Source: Promethearchaeia archaeon
GTDB taxonomy: Archaea > Asgardarchaeota > Lokiarchaeia > Sigyniarchaeales > SOKP01
Reading direction: 5' to 3'
Length of the DNA: 64,000 nucleotides
NCBI GenBank assembly: GCA_029856155.1
Contig: JAHQWL010000001.1
Location: 1 to 64,000 of the forward strand
A program made the position numbers and the translations under genes. Positions 9,695 to 18,843 of the stretch are shown here, in pieces (position 1 is the first letter of the stretch; each line of letters starts with the position of its first letter). The notes below the pieces were generated by a model. The model saw nothing but the letters and a program-made list of their open reading frames with translations. It did not search any database and was not told where the DNA came from.

Positions 9695-10449
9695 ATTTTT
9701 CAAGGTCAAGGTCGTGGCTATGATATGGCCATAACGCAATTCTCGCCAGAGGGGCGGCTTTTTCAAGTAGAATATGCTATTGAAGCTGTCCGAAGAGGGA
9801 CAACCGCAATTGTATGTAGAAACAAAAATTCTGTAGTGTTTGCAGTTGAAAAGAAAGGTTCTGAGCTTCAAGAACAAAGTATAGGTTCAGAAAAAATTTT
9901 TAAGATTGATGATCATATTGGAGTAGCCATTGCTGGTTTAACCGCTGATGCAAGAGTGCTTATTGATCGTGCACGGGTTCAAGCTCAAGTTAATATATTG
10001 AATTATGATGAACGAATTTCTGTTAAGGATAGTACGCTAAATATTTGCGAATATAAGCAAGTATTTACTCAAAATTAAATGGAATTTATCCATTAATGAG
10101 ATATGCTGGCGTACGTCCTTTTGGAGTTTCATTTCTGATCGCTGGAATAGATAATGACGGCAATACCTCCTTATATTTAACTGACCCAAGTGGAGCAATG
10201 TGGGGTTATAAAGCTTTTGCTATAGGCTCACAAGCAACTGAAGCAAGAACTTACCTTGAGGAACATTATAAAGAGGATATAAGTGATGAAGAATTGAAAT
10301 TATTACCATTAAGAACATTAAAAGAATTGATGGGAGATAATTTAAATAAAAATACGTGTGATGTTGCTTATATTTTAAAAGAAGATAGAACTTTCAAGTT
10401 ATTAAATTTGGGAGAAAAGGAAGAATTATTAAATAAATTGACTTCCTAA
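9695..10449 (+). CDS. psmA: proteasome alpha subunit, interrupted by a 29-nt BHB intron; probable ATT start; spliced product 241 aa
   Basis: GYDMAITQFSPEGRLFQVEYA in the first ORF and AGVRPFGVSFLIAG..DPSG in the second; removing 10074-10102 gives contiguous FTQNAGVRPFG; GGAGG at 9680-9684. Confidence 0.9.
10074..10102 (+). other. putative mRNA intron with bulge-helix-bulge motif in psmA
   Basis: 4-bp helix CTCA(10068-71)/TGAG(10097-100); 3-nt bulges AAA(10072-74) and ATA(10101-03); inner hairpin TTAAATGGA/TCCATTAA; contains TAA stop; 29-nt removal restores frame. Confidence 0.82.
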
Positions 10450-10564
10450 AAATTTTATTAAAAATCAAGGTAAAACCCCTTTATATTTATCTTTTAACGG
10501 AAAGACAAAAGAAATAGGAAAAAAAAACGAGATAATTCAATCATTTAAATTGTGAACGTATAAC

Positions 10565-11356
10565 ATGATTGATAGAGCAAGAATTGATTTAGGCGGATAT
10601 ATCATAGGACGTATTGAGAACTCAGGCAGAATTTTTGAGATGTTAATGGATCCCGAGAAAGCATGGGAAGCAAAAAAAATTATTCGGGAAGAAATCAACG
10701 AGAGATTAAAAGCAGGGAAAGAAAAATCACGATTTACTGTAGAAGAGATAATAAAAAATCAGAAAATTGATTTAGAATTAATTTTTGAGAGTTTTTCGGT
10801 ATTTGAAGATTTAAGAAGAGGAAAAAGAGCAACAGATGGAGATATGGAAGTGGTATTCAATACTACAGATGGAATGACTATCGCTGGTAGGATTCTATTA
10901 GAAGGAGAAATACATTGGACAAAAGCCCAAAGAGAAGAAGAAAGACAAAAAAAATTAAAACAAATTATAACAATTATTAGTAAAAATGCTATTAATCCAC
11001 AGAATAAAAAACCTCATCCAATCCAACGAATAGAAAAGGCAATTGAAGAAGCAAATGTTAAAGTTGATTTAATGAGAAGTGCTGAAGAACAAGTTGATGA
11101 TATTGTTAAAAGTATTCGAGCTATAATTCCTATTAGAATTGAACAAGTTGAAATGGCTATCAAGATTCCAACAGCTTTTACAGCAAAGGGTTATAATATT
11201 GTCGCCCAATATGTACAAATTAAAAAAGAAGAATGGCAATCTGATGGATCTTGGGTTGCTGTTGTAAGTTTGCCTGCAGGATTGCAAATGGAGTTAATTG
11301 ATAAATTAAATAAATTAACACATGGGAGAGTTCAGACAAAAATATTAAAATCCTAA
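10565..11356 (+). CDS. sdo1: ribosome maturation protein SBDS/Sdo1
   Basis: FEMLMDP, ILLEGEI, NAINPQNKKPHP..RIEKA, EEWQSDGSW, PAGLQ; superoperon position. Confidence 0.93.
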   Translation: MIDRARIDLGGYIIGRIENSGRIFEMLMDPEKAWEAKKIIREEINERLKAGKEKSRFTVEEIIKNQKIDLELIFESFSVFEDLRRGKRATDGDMEVVFNTTDGMTIAGRILLEGEIHWTKAQREEERQKKLKQIITIISKNAINPQNKKPHPIQRIEKAIEEANVKVDLMRSAEEQVDDIVKSIRAIIPIRIEQVEMAIKIPTAFTAKGYNIVAQYVQIKKEEWQSDGSWVAVVSLPAGLQMELIDKLNKLTHGRVQTKILKS

Positions 11357-11435
11357 CCTAAAATGGGTTAATTAATTCTTATTTATATTTATTTTTTAGG
11401 CATAGGTTAGGAGTATAGGAAAATTTTAGAAGAAT

Positions 11436-12227
11436 GTGAGTAGTATTATGGAAGAGAATGAAGAACATATAGATGATGATTTCGAAGATTTTGAAGAGGA
11501 TGATGCTTCTAGAGCTGTAGTTGTACCTGGAGAAGTGTTAACTGAAGATGTTAATAACTTTTTACCCGGGAGAGGAACTATTTTAAATAAAGAGAAGAAT
11601 AAAATTATTTCTTTGAATATTGGGTTAAAACAAATAAAAAAGAATTATATCAATGTAATTCCTCTTAGGGGATTTTATACACCTCGCCCTGGAGATAAGG
11701 TAATCGCATTAGTAGTTGATAAAAATCCAGTTAAATATAAATGTGATATTAATTCTAAAGATTTTGGTCAACTTAAACCAAAGAATACAATTAAAAGAGG
11801 TAGAACAAGAGGATTCAGAGGCGGTGATGTTGATCGGGAAGATAGTAGCACCGAAAGATTTGATATAGGAGAAATTTTAATTGTGAAAGTTCTCTCTGCT
11901 GATCGTTTAAATAAACCTGAATTGACAACTGTTGGAAAATATTTAGGTAAAAAAAGTGGTGGTATTGTTATTACGATAGATCCACCTAAAATTCCAAGAG
12001 TTATAGGAAGAAATGGTTCAATGATTAAAATGTTGAAGTCCTTAACCGGTTGTAATATCTTTGTAACACAGAATGGCCGTATATGGCTGAAAGGTGAAGG
12101 TATTGCTCATGAAAGGTTATTAATCGAATCTATCCATAAAATTGCTTCTGAAGCCCATACTGTGGGGTTAACAGATAGAATGCAAGAATTTATAATAAAT
12201 GAAAAAAAGAAGAGAGGTATTGAATGA
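11436..12227 (+). CDS. rrp4: exosome RNA-binding subunit Rrp4
   Basis: VVVPGE, YTPRPGDKVI (S1), KIPRVIGRNGSMI..QNGRIW (KH), EAHTVGLTD. Confidence 0.93.
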   Translation: MSSIMEENEEHIDDDFEDFEEDDASRAVVVPGEVLTEDVNNFLPGRGTILNKEKNKIISLNIGLKQIKKNYINVIPLRGFYTPRPGDKVIALVVDKNPVKYKCDINSKDFGQLKPKNTIKRGRTRGFRGGDVDREDSSTERFDIGEILIVKVLSADRLNKPELTTVGKYLGKKSGGIVITIDPPKIPRVIGRNGSMIKMLKSLTGCNIFVTQNGRIWLKGEGIAHERLLIESIHKIASEAHTVGLTDRMQEFIINEKKKRGIE

Positions 12228-13012
12228 TGCCGTTAATAATTAAAGATGAGTATCCTGAGAAGTTATTTCGTGAAGATGGAAAAAGACTCGATGGTCGCAG
12301 TGAAAAAGAGCTAAGACCTATAAAAATGGAAGTTGGTGTTATACAAAATGCAGATGGATCTGCATATCTTGAATGGGGTAACAATAAAATTTATGCTGCT
12401 GTATATGGCCCTCGAGAAGTACACCCTCATCACTTAGCTAAACCAGATAGGGGAGTTCTAAGAGTTTTTTATAGAATGGCTACTTTTTCTGTTTTTGATA
12501 GAAAAAGACCCGCCCCTGGACGTCGTGAAAAAGAAATTTCTATGATTGTAGCAGACTGTATCGAACCTGTACTTTTTCTTGAACTTTATCCTGGTACTAG
12601 TTTTGAAGTCTTTATTGAAGTTATGGATGCAGATGGCGGAACTAGATGCGCAAGTACTACAGTAGCAGCATTAGCTTTAGCTGATGCGGGAATTCCTATG
12701 AAAAGTCTTGTATCTGCGGTTGCTGTAGGAAAAATTGATGGAAAGAAAGTTGTCGATCTCTCTGGTATTGAAGATAAAGCTGGAGAAGCAGATTTGCCAA
12801 TTGCTATAACGTGGTATAATGAGGAAGTCTCATTATTACAATTTGATGGAGATATGGATTTGAGTGAGATGAATGAATTCCTGATTGATGCAAAAGAAGC
12901 ATTAGAAAAAATTCATAAAATTCAATTAGATGTTTTAAAAAGGAAATACTTAAAATTACAAGAAGAAACTAAAAATGAAGAGGAGAAAGAAGGTAAAAAA
13001 GGTGATGATTAA
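12224..13012 (+). CDS. rrp41: exosome exonuclease Rrp41
   Basis: RLDGR..ELRP, ADGSAYLEWG, VYGPRE, ADGGTRCA, ALADAGIP. Confidence 0.96.
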   Translation: MMPLIIKDEYPEKLFREDGKRLDGRSEKELRPIKMEVGVIQNADGSAYLEWGNNKIYAAVYGPREVHPHHLAKPDRGVLRVFYRMATFSVFDRKRPAPGRREKEISMIVADCIEPVLFLELYPGTSFEVFIEVMDADGGTRCASTTVAALALADAGIPMKSLVSAVAVGKIDGKKVVDLSGIEDKAGEADLPIAITWYNEEVSLLQFDGDMDLSEMNEFLIDAKEALEKIHKIQLDVLKRKYLKLQEETKNEEEKEGKKGDD

Positions 13013-13014
13013 AA

Positions 13015-13848
13015 ATGATGGACATAAAACGAATTATTTCAAAAATTGAAAGAGACTATATAATATCAAATTTGAAAAAAGAAGAAAGAATCGATGGTAG
13101 AGGTCTCTGGGAATATCGTAAATTTCAAATTGAGTCTGATATTATAGCTTCAGCAGAAGGCTCTGCGGATGTTTCTTTAGGTGACACAAAGATAATAACA
13201 GGTTTAAAATACGAAGTTGGTGAACCCTTCCCAGATTTACCTAATGAAGGAGTATGTACAGTAATGGCCGAACTGCTTCCATTAGCATCTCCATTATTTG
13301 AAAGAGGACCTCCTGATGAGCAATCAATTGAATTAGCCCGTGTTGTAGATCGAGGTATTAGACACGCAGATTGTGTTCAAACCAAGAAACTTTGTATTAA
13401 AGAAAGAGAAGCAGTTTATATACTTTTTGTTGACATGTACGTAATAAATTATTCTGGGAATTTAATTGATGCTGGTGGTGTAAGTGCTTTAACTACATTA
13501 ATTTCAGCACATATCCCTGAAGGAGTTTGGAATGAAGATAAAGGTGAGACGGATTGGACTGGGAAATATATAACAGGCGAAACTCTTGTAAAAGAATTAC
13601 CTTTTGTAATTACTTATGGGAAAATTGATGATATAATCTTCTTAGATCCTAGTTTACCAGAAGAATTAGTTTGTGATGGTAAAATTTCTATTTCAGTTAC
13701 AGAAGAAAAAATTACTTCAATTCAAAAAAGTGGTGCCGCTACATTTTCAATTGATGAGATTAAAACTTTAGGCGAAAAATCTTTAGAAATTGGTAAAAAA
13801 CTTAGAAAGGATTTAAACTTTTTACAATATTTAAGCAAAATCGATTAA
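13015..13848 (+). CDS. rrp42: exosome subunit Rrp42
   Basis: RIDGR..EYR, AEGSA, PFPDLPNEG, FERGPPDE, ELARVVDRGIR, IQKSG. Confidence 0.95.
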   Translation: MMDIKRIISKIERDYIISNLKKEERIDGRGLWEYRKFQIESDIIASAEGSADVSLGDTKIITGLKYEVGEPFPDLPNEGVCTVMAELLPLASPLFERGPPDEQSIELARVVDRGIRHADCVQTKKLCIKEREAVYILFVDMYVINYSGNLIDAGGVSALTTLISAHIPEGVWNEDKGETDWTGKYITGETLVKELPFVITYGKIDDIIFLDPSLPEELVCDGKISISVTEEKITSIQKSGAATFSIDEIKTLGEKSLEIGKKLRKDLNFLQYLSKID

Positions 13849-13952
13849 TTTCTTAAATAATTTTTTTCTTATTTTATTTAACTTTTTATATTTTTTTTAT
13901 AGATATACAATACATACTACAATTGCATTAATGTTAGATAAAAAGTATTGAA

Positions 13953-14921
13953 TTAATGATTTTTAACTCTTCTAAGTGTTTCGAAGGAACCGTAACCTCC
14001 CGCTTTACCGTCCAATTCAAAAGTACCCATTGATTGAACTAAAATTGATCGATTACCTTCATTATCTTTAAATGGAACGGGAATAATTGGACCAACATTA
14101 GCTTTTAATGTATGTTTATCACCTAAACTATCAATAAGTTCTAGTTCTGAACTTATAGGTAGTACTCCATCTTCTCGAAATTGTTGATCGACTATACGTA
14201 TATTTTTTAGTGGAATATTTTTTCCGTTTTTAAATAGGAAACCGCCCGTAGATAAACTTCCATCATTAATAATAATAGCCGCTGGATTTATTGCCAAGTT
14301 TTTATTGAACCAAACTACATAATATAACCAATTTCCAATACCTGTCCAATCACGAACTCCAAAAGTATGGTCTCTCTGACCTAAAGCATTAATTATATAA
14401 TTTTGATCACCTAATTGGATATTCCCAGACAGAGTAGCAATTTGCTCCCAGTGTTTATCTCCTGCTCTTTTTCCAATTTCTAGGGATTCAGGAGTCATAT
14501 ATTCACTATACTCGTAGGTCTGATTGATTGGTTTAAAAGTAATATTCATATAAACTTTTTGAGTTTCTGAAATTAATTTAGGGTGGTCACGTACTTCAGG
14601 TAAATCTTCGGGATTTTTGACAATAATCATATTTCCTTTAAATAAATAATTCCATTTTGATTGAGAATAATAATTATGATTAACTCCTCCGACTTTCAGA
14701 GATTTCGTATAATCTTTAACTTTTTGATCTCTATAATATCCTGCAGCTGAACCATCTGGGAGAAATAAAAAGAAAAATGCCATTCCTTCCTGTTTATTGG
14801 GCTTAAAACCTAATCGAGTCATCCCTCCAAGATTGAGTTTTTTATCATAAAACACAAAATAATATGATTCATTCCATTCAAGATGATCTGTACAAAGTTG
14901 TGGATGTCTTAAGGGTTCCAA
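13953..14921 (-). CDS. hypothetical beta-barrel protein (lipocalin-like/CrtC-tocopherol cyclase-like)
   Basis: WNESYYF, HWEQ..SG, GQRDHTFGVRDW motifs typical of this family. Confidence 0.6.
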   Translation of the reverse strand: MEPLRHPQLCTDHLEWNESYYFVFYDKKLNLGGMTRLGFKPNKQEGMAFFFLFLPDGSAAGYYRDQKVKDYTKSLKVGGVNHNYYSQSKWNYLFKGNMIIVKNPEDLPEVRDHPKLISETQKVYMNITFKPINQTYEYSEYMTPESLEIGKRAGDKHWEQIATLSGNIQLGDQNYIINALGQRDHTFGVRDWTGIGNWLYYVVWFNKNLAINPAAIIINDGSLSTGGFLFKNGKNIPLKNIRIVDQQFREDGVLPISSELELIDSLGDKHTLKANVGPIIPVPFKDNEGNRSILVQSMGTFELDGKAGGYGSFETLRRVKNH

Positions 14922-17653
14922 CTTAGTTTCACCTCAGGCTTTTTTTGTGGTCTAGCAATACCACTAAAACCATTTAATTCAATAATTTGACCTGTTTTAA
15001 AGATTTCACACGCGTTTGTAATGTTTGTAACGGCGGGGATTCCATACTCTCTCGAAACTACAGCACCATGAGAAAGAATTCCACCAGTTTCAGTAATTAA
15101 ACCCCCAATTTTAGAAAAAACTGGAGTCCAGCCAGGATCTGTTCTTGGTACAACTAGAATTTCTCCTGCTCGGACTGTAGCGATAAGTTCAATATCATGA
15201 ATAACACGTATAGGCGCTGTTATAGTTCCTTGACTTACGGGTATACCATGGAATATTTTACTTTTTTTATTGTGCTTTGACATATCATCAAATTCTCGAG
15301 AACCCAAAAGGAATTTTGGAGGTATCTTGTTTTCATATCTTTTAAAATCTTCATAACGTTTTGTAACTTCAGTTGAAATTTTTTGAATTTCTTGATGATT
15401 ATATTTATTAAATGCTAAGTTTTTAATTTCGTGTTTATATAGAAAAAAAATCTTATTCTCATCCGATATAATTCCTTCTTTCACAAAAATTTTTCCAAGT
15501 TCTAAATATAAGTTTCTATTCCTTGTTATCCATCTATCAAGGTTAAATCGTTGATCTTCCCTAAATTTAATATATTTCCTACTATTTTTTAAAATTGCTG
15601 AGAAAAATTTCCATATCATTAATCCAAATCGTTGTGATTTAATCTTAGTTTCCACAATTTTTTCATTTAAATCTCGTTTTCGCAAATTTTTACTTTTTAA
15701 TTTTTCCAGTTCATGCAACTGGTCTGTCACTAGGGATTTTAAGATATCAAATACATTTGTCATTGGAGGCTCTCTCCATCGTGGATAATACGCTTCCCTC
15801 GTAAAGCCGCGATCTCCATAATCATCTAAAAATTTCTCAAATTCAATAAGAAAATTCTTAATTGAGAGATTATTTTCTGTCGAAAGAATATTATAAATCT
15901 CTGGAGATACTTGGTTAATGAATATTGACTTTAATTCAGGAATTTTATTTATAAGGGATGCTAAATAATGAATACGATCATTAGTTTCTGTTAACCTATG
16001 TTTAAGTCCAGAAACTAGAATTGGATAAAATCGCGGGCATTCTTCTTTACTCAGAAACCGATTAAGAAGATATTGTACTAAAAGATTCATCCCTATATTA
16101 TGTACGGGAATCCCATAGCGAATAAGTCGAAAGTGAGCAATCATTATTTTATCCAATTCCTCCGCTAAGTTAATAAAATCCGATAGTTCACCAGATTCGA
16201 TAATCTCATGTAATTTTATATCAAATTTTTTACAATAGGGATTAAATGTCTTTTGATCCCAATTTTCATAAGCTTCAGCAGTCTTGGACATTGAACCATT
16301 AGGATCATGAAGCATTATTCTAAGTTCAGCAACTATCCGCTTAATAAGATGAAAAGGGAGTTCTTTCATAGTGATTTTGCCATAAGATCCCGAACCTCTC
16401 GGGAAATAATTTAATACATCCTCATTCCTCATGAAAGTAGGAATTTCATTTTCTATCTTTCTTTTTATAACTTTGAGGTTGAAATAAGCATGGGCTTTAT
16501 ATAATTTTAATAATTGAGTATCCATTTCTGTATAGCCCATTATACTGTTTAATTCTATATTTACAATTTTTGTTATTTGATCTCCTAAAAGTTCAAAATA
16601 AAGTGGTGTAACATTATCATTCCAATAATCATCTGAATACCCTCTACTCCATAAAATCTCTGTTGGTTTAATTTCAGTTTTTAGGGCTGTAATTGGTCGA
16701 GTTTGTAAAATATGAATATCATTGTTATGATCTATAGCCCATTCAATATCTTGAGGAATTCTATTAAAATTTTTTTCTACATGTAATCCTATTTCTGCAA
16801 GTTTTATTATTTCTTTATCTGTTAATGATGGTTGTTCATTTAACTCTTCTGATAATTTCACGTATTCAATCCCTTCATCAATTGGTTTTGCTACGATATT
16901 CTTCTTTCCTATTCGTTTACTAAGAATCTTTATTGATTTTTTCTTTAATTTTTGAACAAAAAATTGATCTGGACTACTTTTTCCTGAGACAATAGATTCT
17001 CCTAACCCAAAATTAGATTCAACTAACATTTCTGCTCTGTTAGAAGTTACTGGATTTATAGTAAATAATACACCTGCAGATTTAGCAAATACCATTTTTT
17101 GAATAATTACTGCTATTTTTACCTTATCATGTGGTATTTCATTTTTATGACGATATATTATTGCTCGATTCGTCCATAATGATGCATAACATTTCTTAAT
17201 ATGGTGAGTTACTTGCTCGAAAGATTTCAAATTCAAATAAGTATCATATTGACCTGCAAAAGATGCTGATGGTAAATCCTCTGCTGTAGCCGAAGATCTA
17301 ACTGCTAATCCAAAGCTAAAATACTGCAAATATTTTGACTTTATTTCATCAATTAATATATTCGGTATTGAACTATTCTCAATAGATTTGCGGATTGTGA
17401 GTGCCCAATGATCAACTGAATCCATATTACTATAATCAATAGATGCTAATGATCTTTGTATAAATTCCATGAGATCATTACTCGAAAGAAAGAGACGATA
17501 AGCATTTGTCTTTATAACAAAACCTTCTGGAACAAGAAAATTACTATGGATCAATTTGCCAAGGTTTGCGGCTTTATTCCCCACTTCTAAGTTCTTAGGG
17601 TGTATTTCGGTTAGTTCTATAGTTAGAGATTCTTCTTTCGTCATAATTTCCAT
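14909..17653 (-). CDS. PEP-utilizing phosphotransferase with rifampin phosphotransferase-like architecture (ATP-grasp + central domain + His swivel domain)
   Basis: VGNKAANLG, AVRSSATAEDLPSASFAGQYDT, QDIEWA..LQTRPIT; C-terminal TDPGWTP..GGILSHGAVVSREYGIPAV; no PEP-binding TIM barrel. Confidence 0.88.
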   Translation of the reverse strand: MEIMTKEESLTIELTEIHPKNLEVGNKAANLGKLIHSNFLVPEGFVIKTNAYRLFLSSNDLMEFIQRSLASIDYSNMDSVDHWALTIRKSIENSSIPNILIDEIKSKYLQYFSFGLAVRSSATAEDLPSASFAGQYDTYLNLKSFEQVTHHIKKCYASLWTNRAIIYRHKNEIPHDKVKIAVIIQKMVFAKSAGVLFTINPVTSNRAEMLVESNFGLGESIVSGKSSPDQFFVQKLKKKSIKILSKRIGKKNIVAKPIDEGIEYVKLSEELNEQPSLTDKEIIKLAEIGLHVEKNFNRIPQDIEWAIDHNNDIHILQTRPITALKTEIKPTEILWSRGYSDDYWNDNVTPLYFELLGDQITKIVNIELNSIMGYTEMDTQLLKLYKAHAYFNLKVIKRKIENEIPTFMRNEDVLNYFPRGSGSYGKITMKELPFHLIKRIVAELRIMLHDPNGSMSKTAEAYENWDQKTFNPYCKKFDIKLHEIIESGELSDFINLAEELDKIMIAHFRLIRYGIPVHNIGMNLLVQYLLNRFLSKEECPRFYPILVSGLKHRLTETNDRIHYLASLINKIPELKSIFINQVSPEIYNILSTENNLSIKNFLIEFEKFLDDYGDRGFTREAYYPRWREPPMTNVFDILKSLVTDQLHELEKLKSKNLRKRDLNEKIVETKIKSQRFGLMIWKFFSAILKNSRKYIKFREDQRFNLDRWITRNRNLYLELGKIFVKEGIISDENKIFFLYKHEIKNLAFNKYNHQEIQKISTEVTKRYEDFKRYENKIPPKFLLGSREFDDMSKHNKKSKIFHGIPVSQGTITAPIRVIHDIELIATVRAGEILVVPRTDPGWTPVFSKIGGLITETGGILSHGAVVSREYGIPAVTNITNACEIFKTGQIIELNGFSGIARPQKKPEVKLSWNP

Positions 17654-17855
17654 ATAAAATTGTTAGTACTGTTTTTTATGTTTTATAATTAAACTTTTCA
17701 ATTTTAATAAATTTAAAAATTCGCTTATTGGTCATAAATTCTAAAATTTTGTTAGGAGAAATGAATAAACGCAATATGTTTATATTTAGAAAAATTTATA
17801 GTTTATCCTATTTTTAATAATAACATATATTATTCAATACTAATTTTGAAGTAAC

Positions 17856-18137
17856 ATGACAAAGAAGGTTGGTATAACAGGAAAATACGGCGCAAGATAT
17901 GGAAGTACACTAAGAAAAAGGACTCGTCTTATTCTGGAAAAGATGAAAGGAGATATAAAATGCCCCAGATGTATTACTAAGGGTTCTATCTATAGAGTTT
18001 CAACGGGTATTTGGCATTGTAAAAAATGTGATGCACGATTTACAGGTGGAGCTTATTACATAGAAACTCCTAGAGGTGCCGAATCTTTCAGAATAGCAAA
18101 ACGAAAGCAGCGCGAGTTAGAAATTATAGAGGAATAA
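17856..18137 (+). CDS. rpl37ae: 50S ribosomal protein eL43 (L37Ae)
   Basis: TKKVGITGKYGARYGSTLRK, CPRC..GIWHCKKC, FTGGAY. Confidence 0.95.
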   Translation: MTKKVGITGKYGARYGSTLRKRTRLILEKMKGDIKCPRCITKGSIYRVSTGIWHCKKCDARFTGGAYYIETPRGAESFRIAKRKQRELEIIEE

Positions 18138-18409
18138 TGAGTATTAATAACTACTTTTCAATAGAATCTACAATCGAATTAAAATTTGATTCATCTCAAA
18201 TGCGAGATATTTCTTACAAATCCTTTTTACCAGAGTTTAATAAAACACAAACTAAACGATCTCATATTTCGATGGAAAAAAAAAATGATAATAGTATTTT
18301 ATTTGTGATAAAAAGTAATGATATTACTGCTTTTCGCGCATCAGTTAATGAAATTATTAGTTTTGGGAAAGTAATTACAAACACAATGAAAATAATCGAT
18401 AATTCATAG
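18137..18409 (+). CDS. pcc1: KEOPS complex subunit Pcc1
   Basis: 90 aa; PE..RS..I.SNDITAFRASVN pattern; lies between rpl37ae and pfdB. Confidence 0.82.
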   Translation: MSINNYFSIESTIELKFDSSQMRDISYKSFLPEFNKTQTKRSHISMEKKNDNSILFVIKSNDITAFRASVNEIISFGKVITNTMKIIDNS

Positions 18410-18472
18410 AAAAAAATATATTCTTTACAATATAAAATAAATTATTAAATAAATACATCAAAATGACATGAA

Positions 18473-18826
18473 ATGAGTTTAGATCTCGAAAATTTGAACG
18501 AAGAACAAAAAAAGAAGATATTAAATCTTAATAATTTACAACAATCTTTTGAATTTATTACATCTCAAAGAATACAACTTGAGAGTAATTTAAGAGAATC
18601 TGAGTTGGCCATTGAGGAATTAGAAAAGATAAACACAAATGATGCTGTCTATAAAGCAATTGGAGGACTTTTAGTTAAAAGTGAAAAAAATAAGTTATTG
18701 GATGAGAAAAAAAGTCTAAAAGTCACATTAGAAATGCGGTTAAAAACTTTAAAACAAAAAGAAGATAGGGTAAAAAACCAAATTGAAACTATGAGAAAAT
18801 CTCTTCAAGCTGATTTTCAAAAATAA
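18473..18826 (+). CDS. pfdB: prefoldin subunit beta
   Basis: Coiled coils flanking VYKAIGGLLVK hairpin. Confidence 0.92.
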   Translation: MSLDLENLNEEQKKKILNLNNLQQSFEFITSQRIQLESNLRESELAIEELEKINTNDAVYKAIGGLLVKSEKNKLLDEKKSLKVTLEMRLKTLKQKEDRVKNQIETMRKSLQADFQK

Positions 18827-18843
18827 AATTCAAAAAAATTTTT

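Noticed and set aside
10070-10102. Stop readthrough or programmed frameshift in psmA
   Set aside because: It would need both TAA readthrough and a frame change, and would add about 10 residues inside an invariant motif.
9725-10449. Two separate 117-aa proteasome genes, or a psmA pseudogene
   Set aside because: Both halves are fully conserved and sit in the canonical superoperon position, and the gap is a precise BHB whose removal restores the motif. An intron explains this better, though it is not proven.
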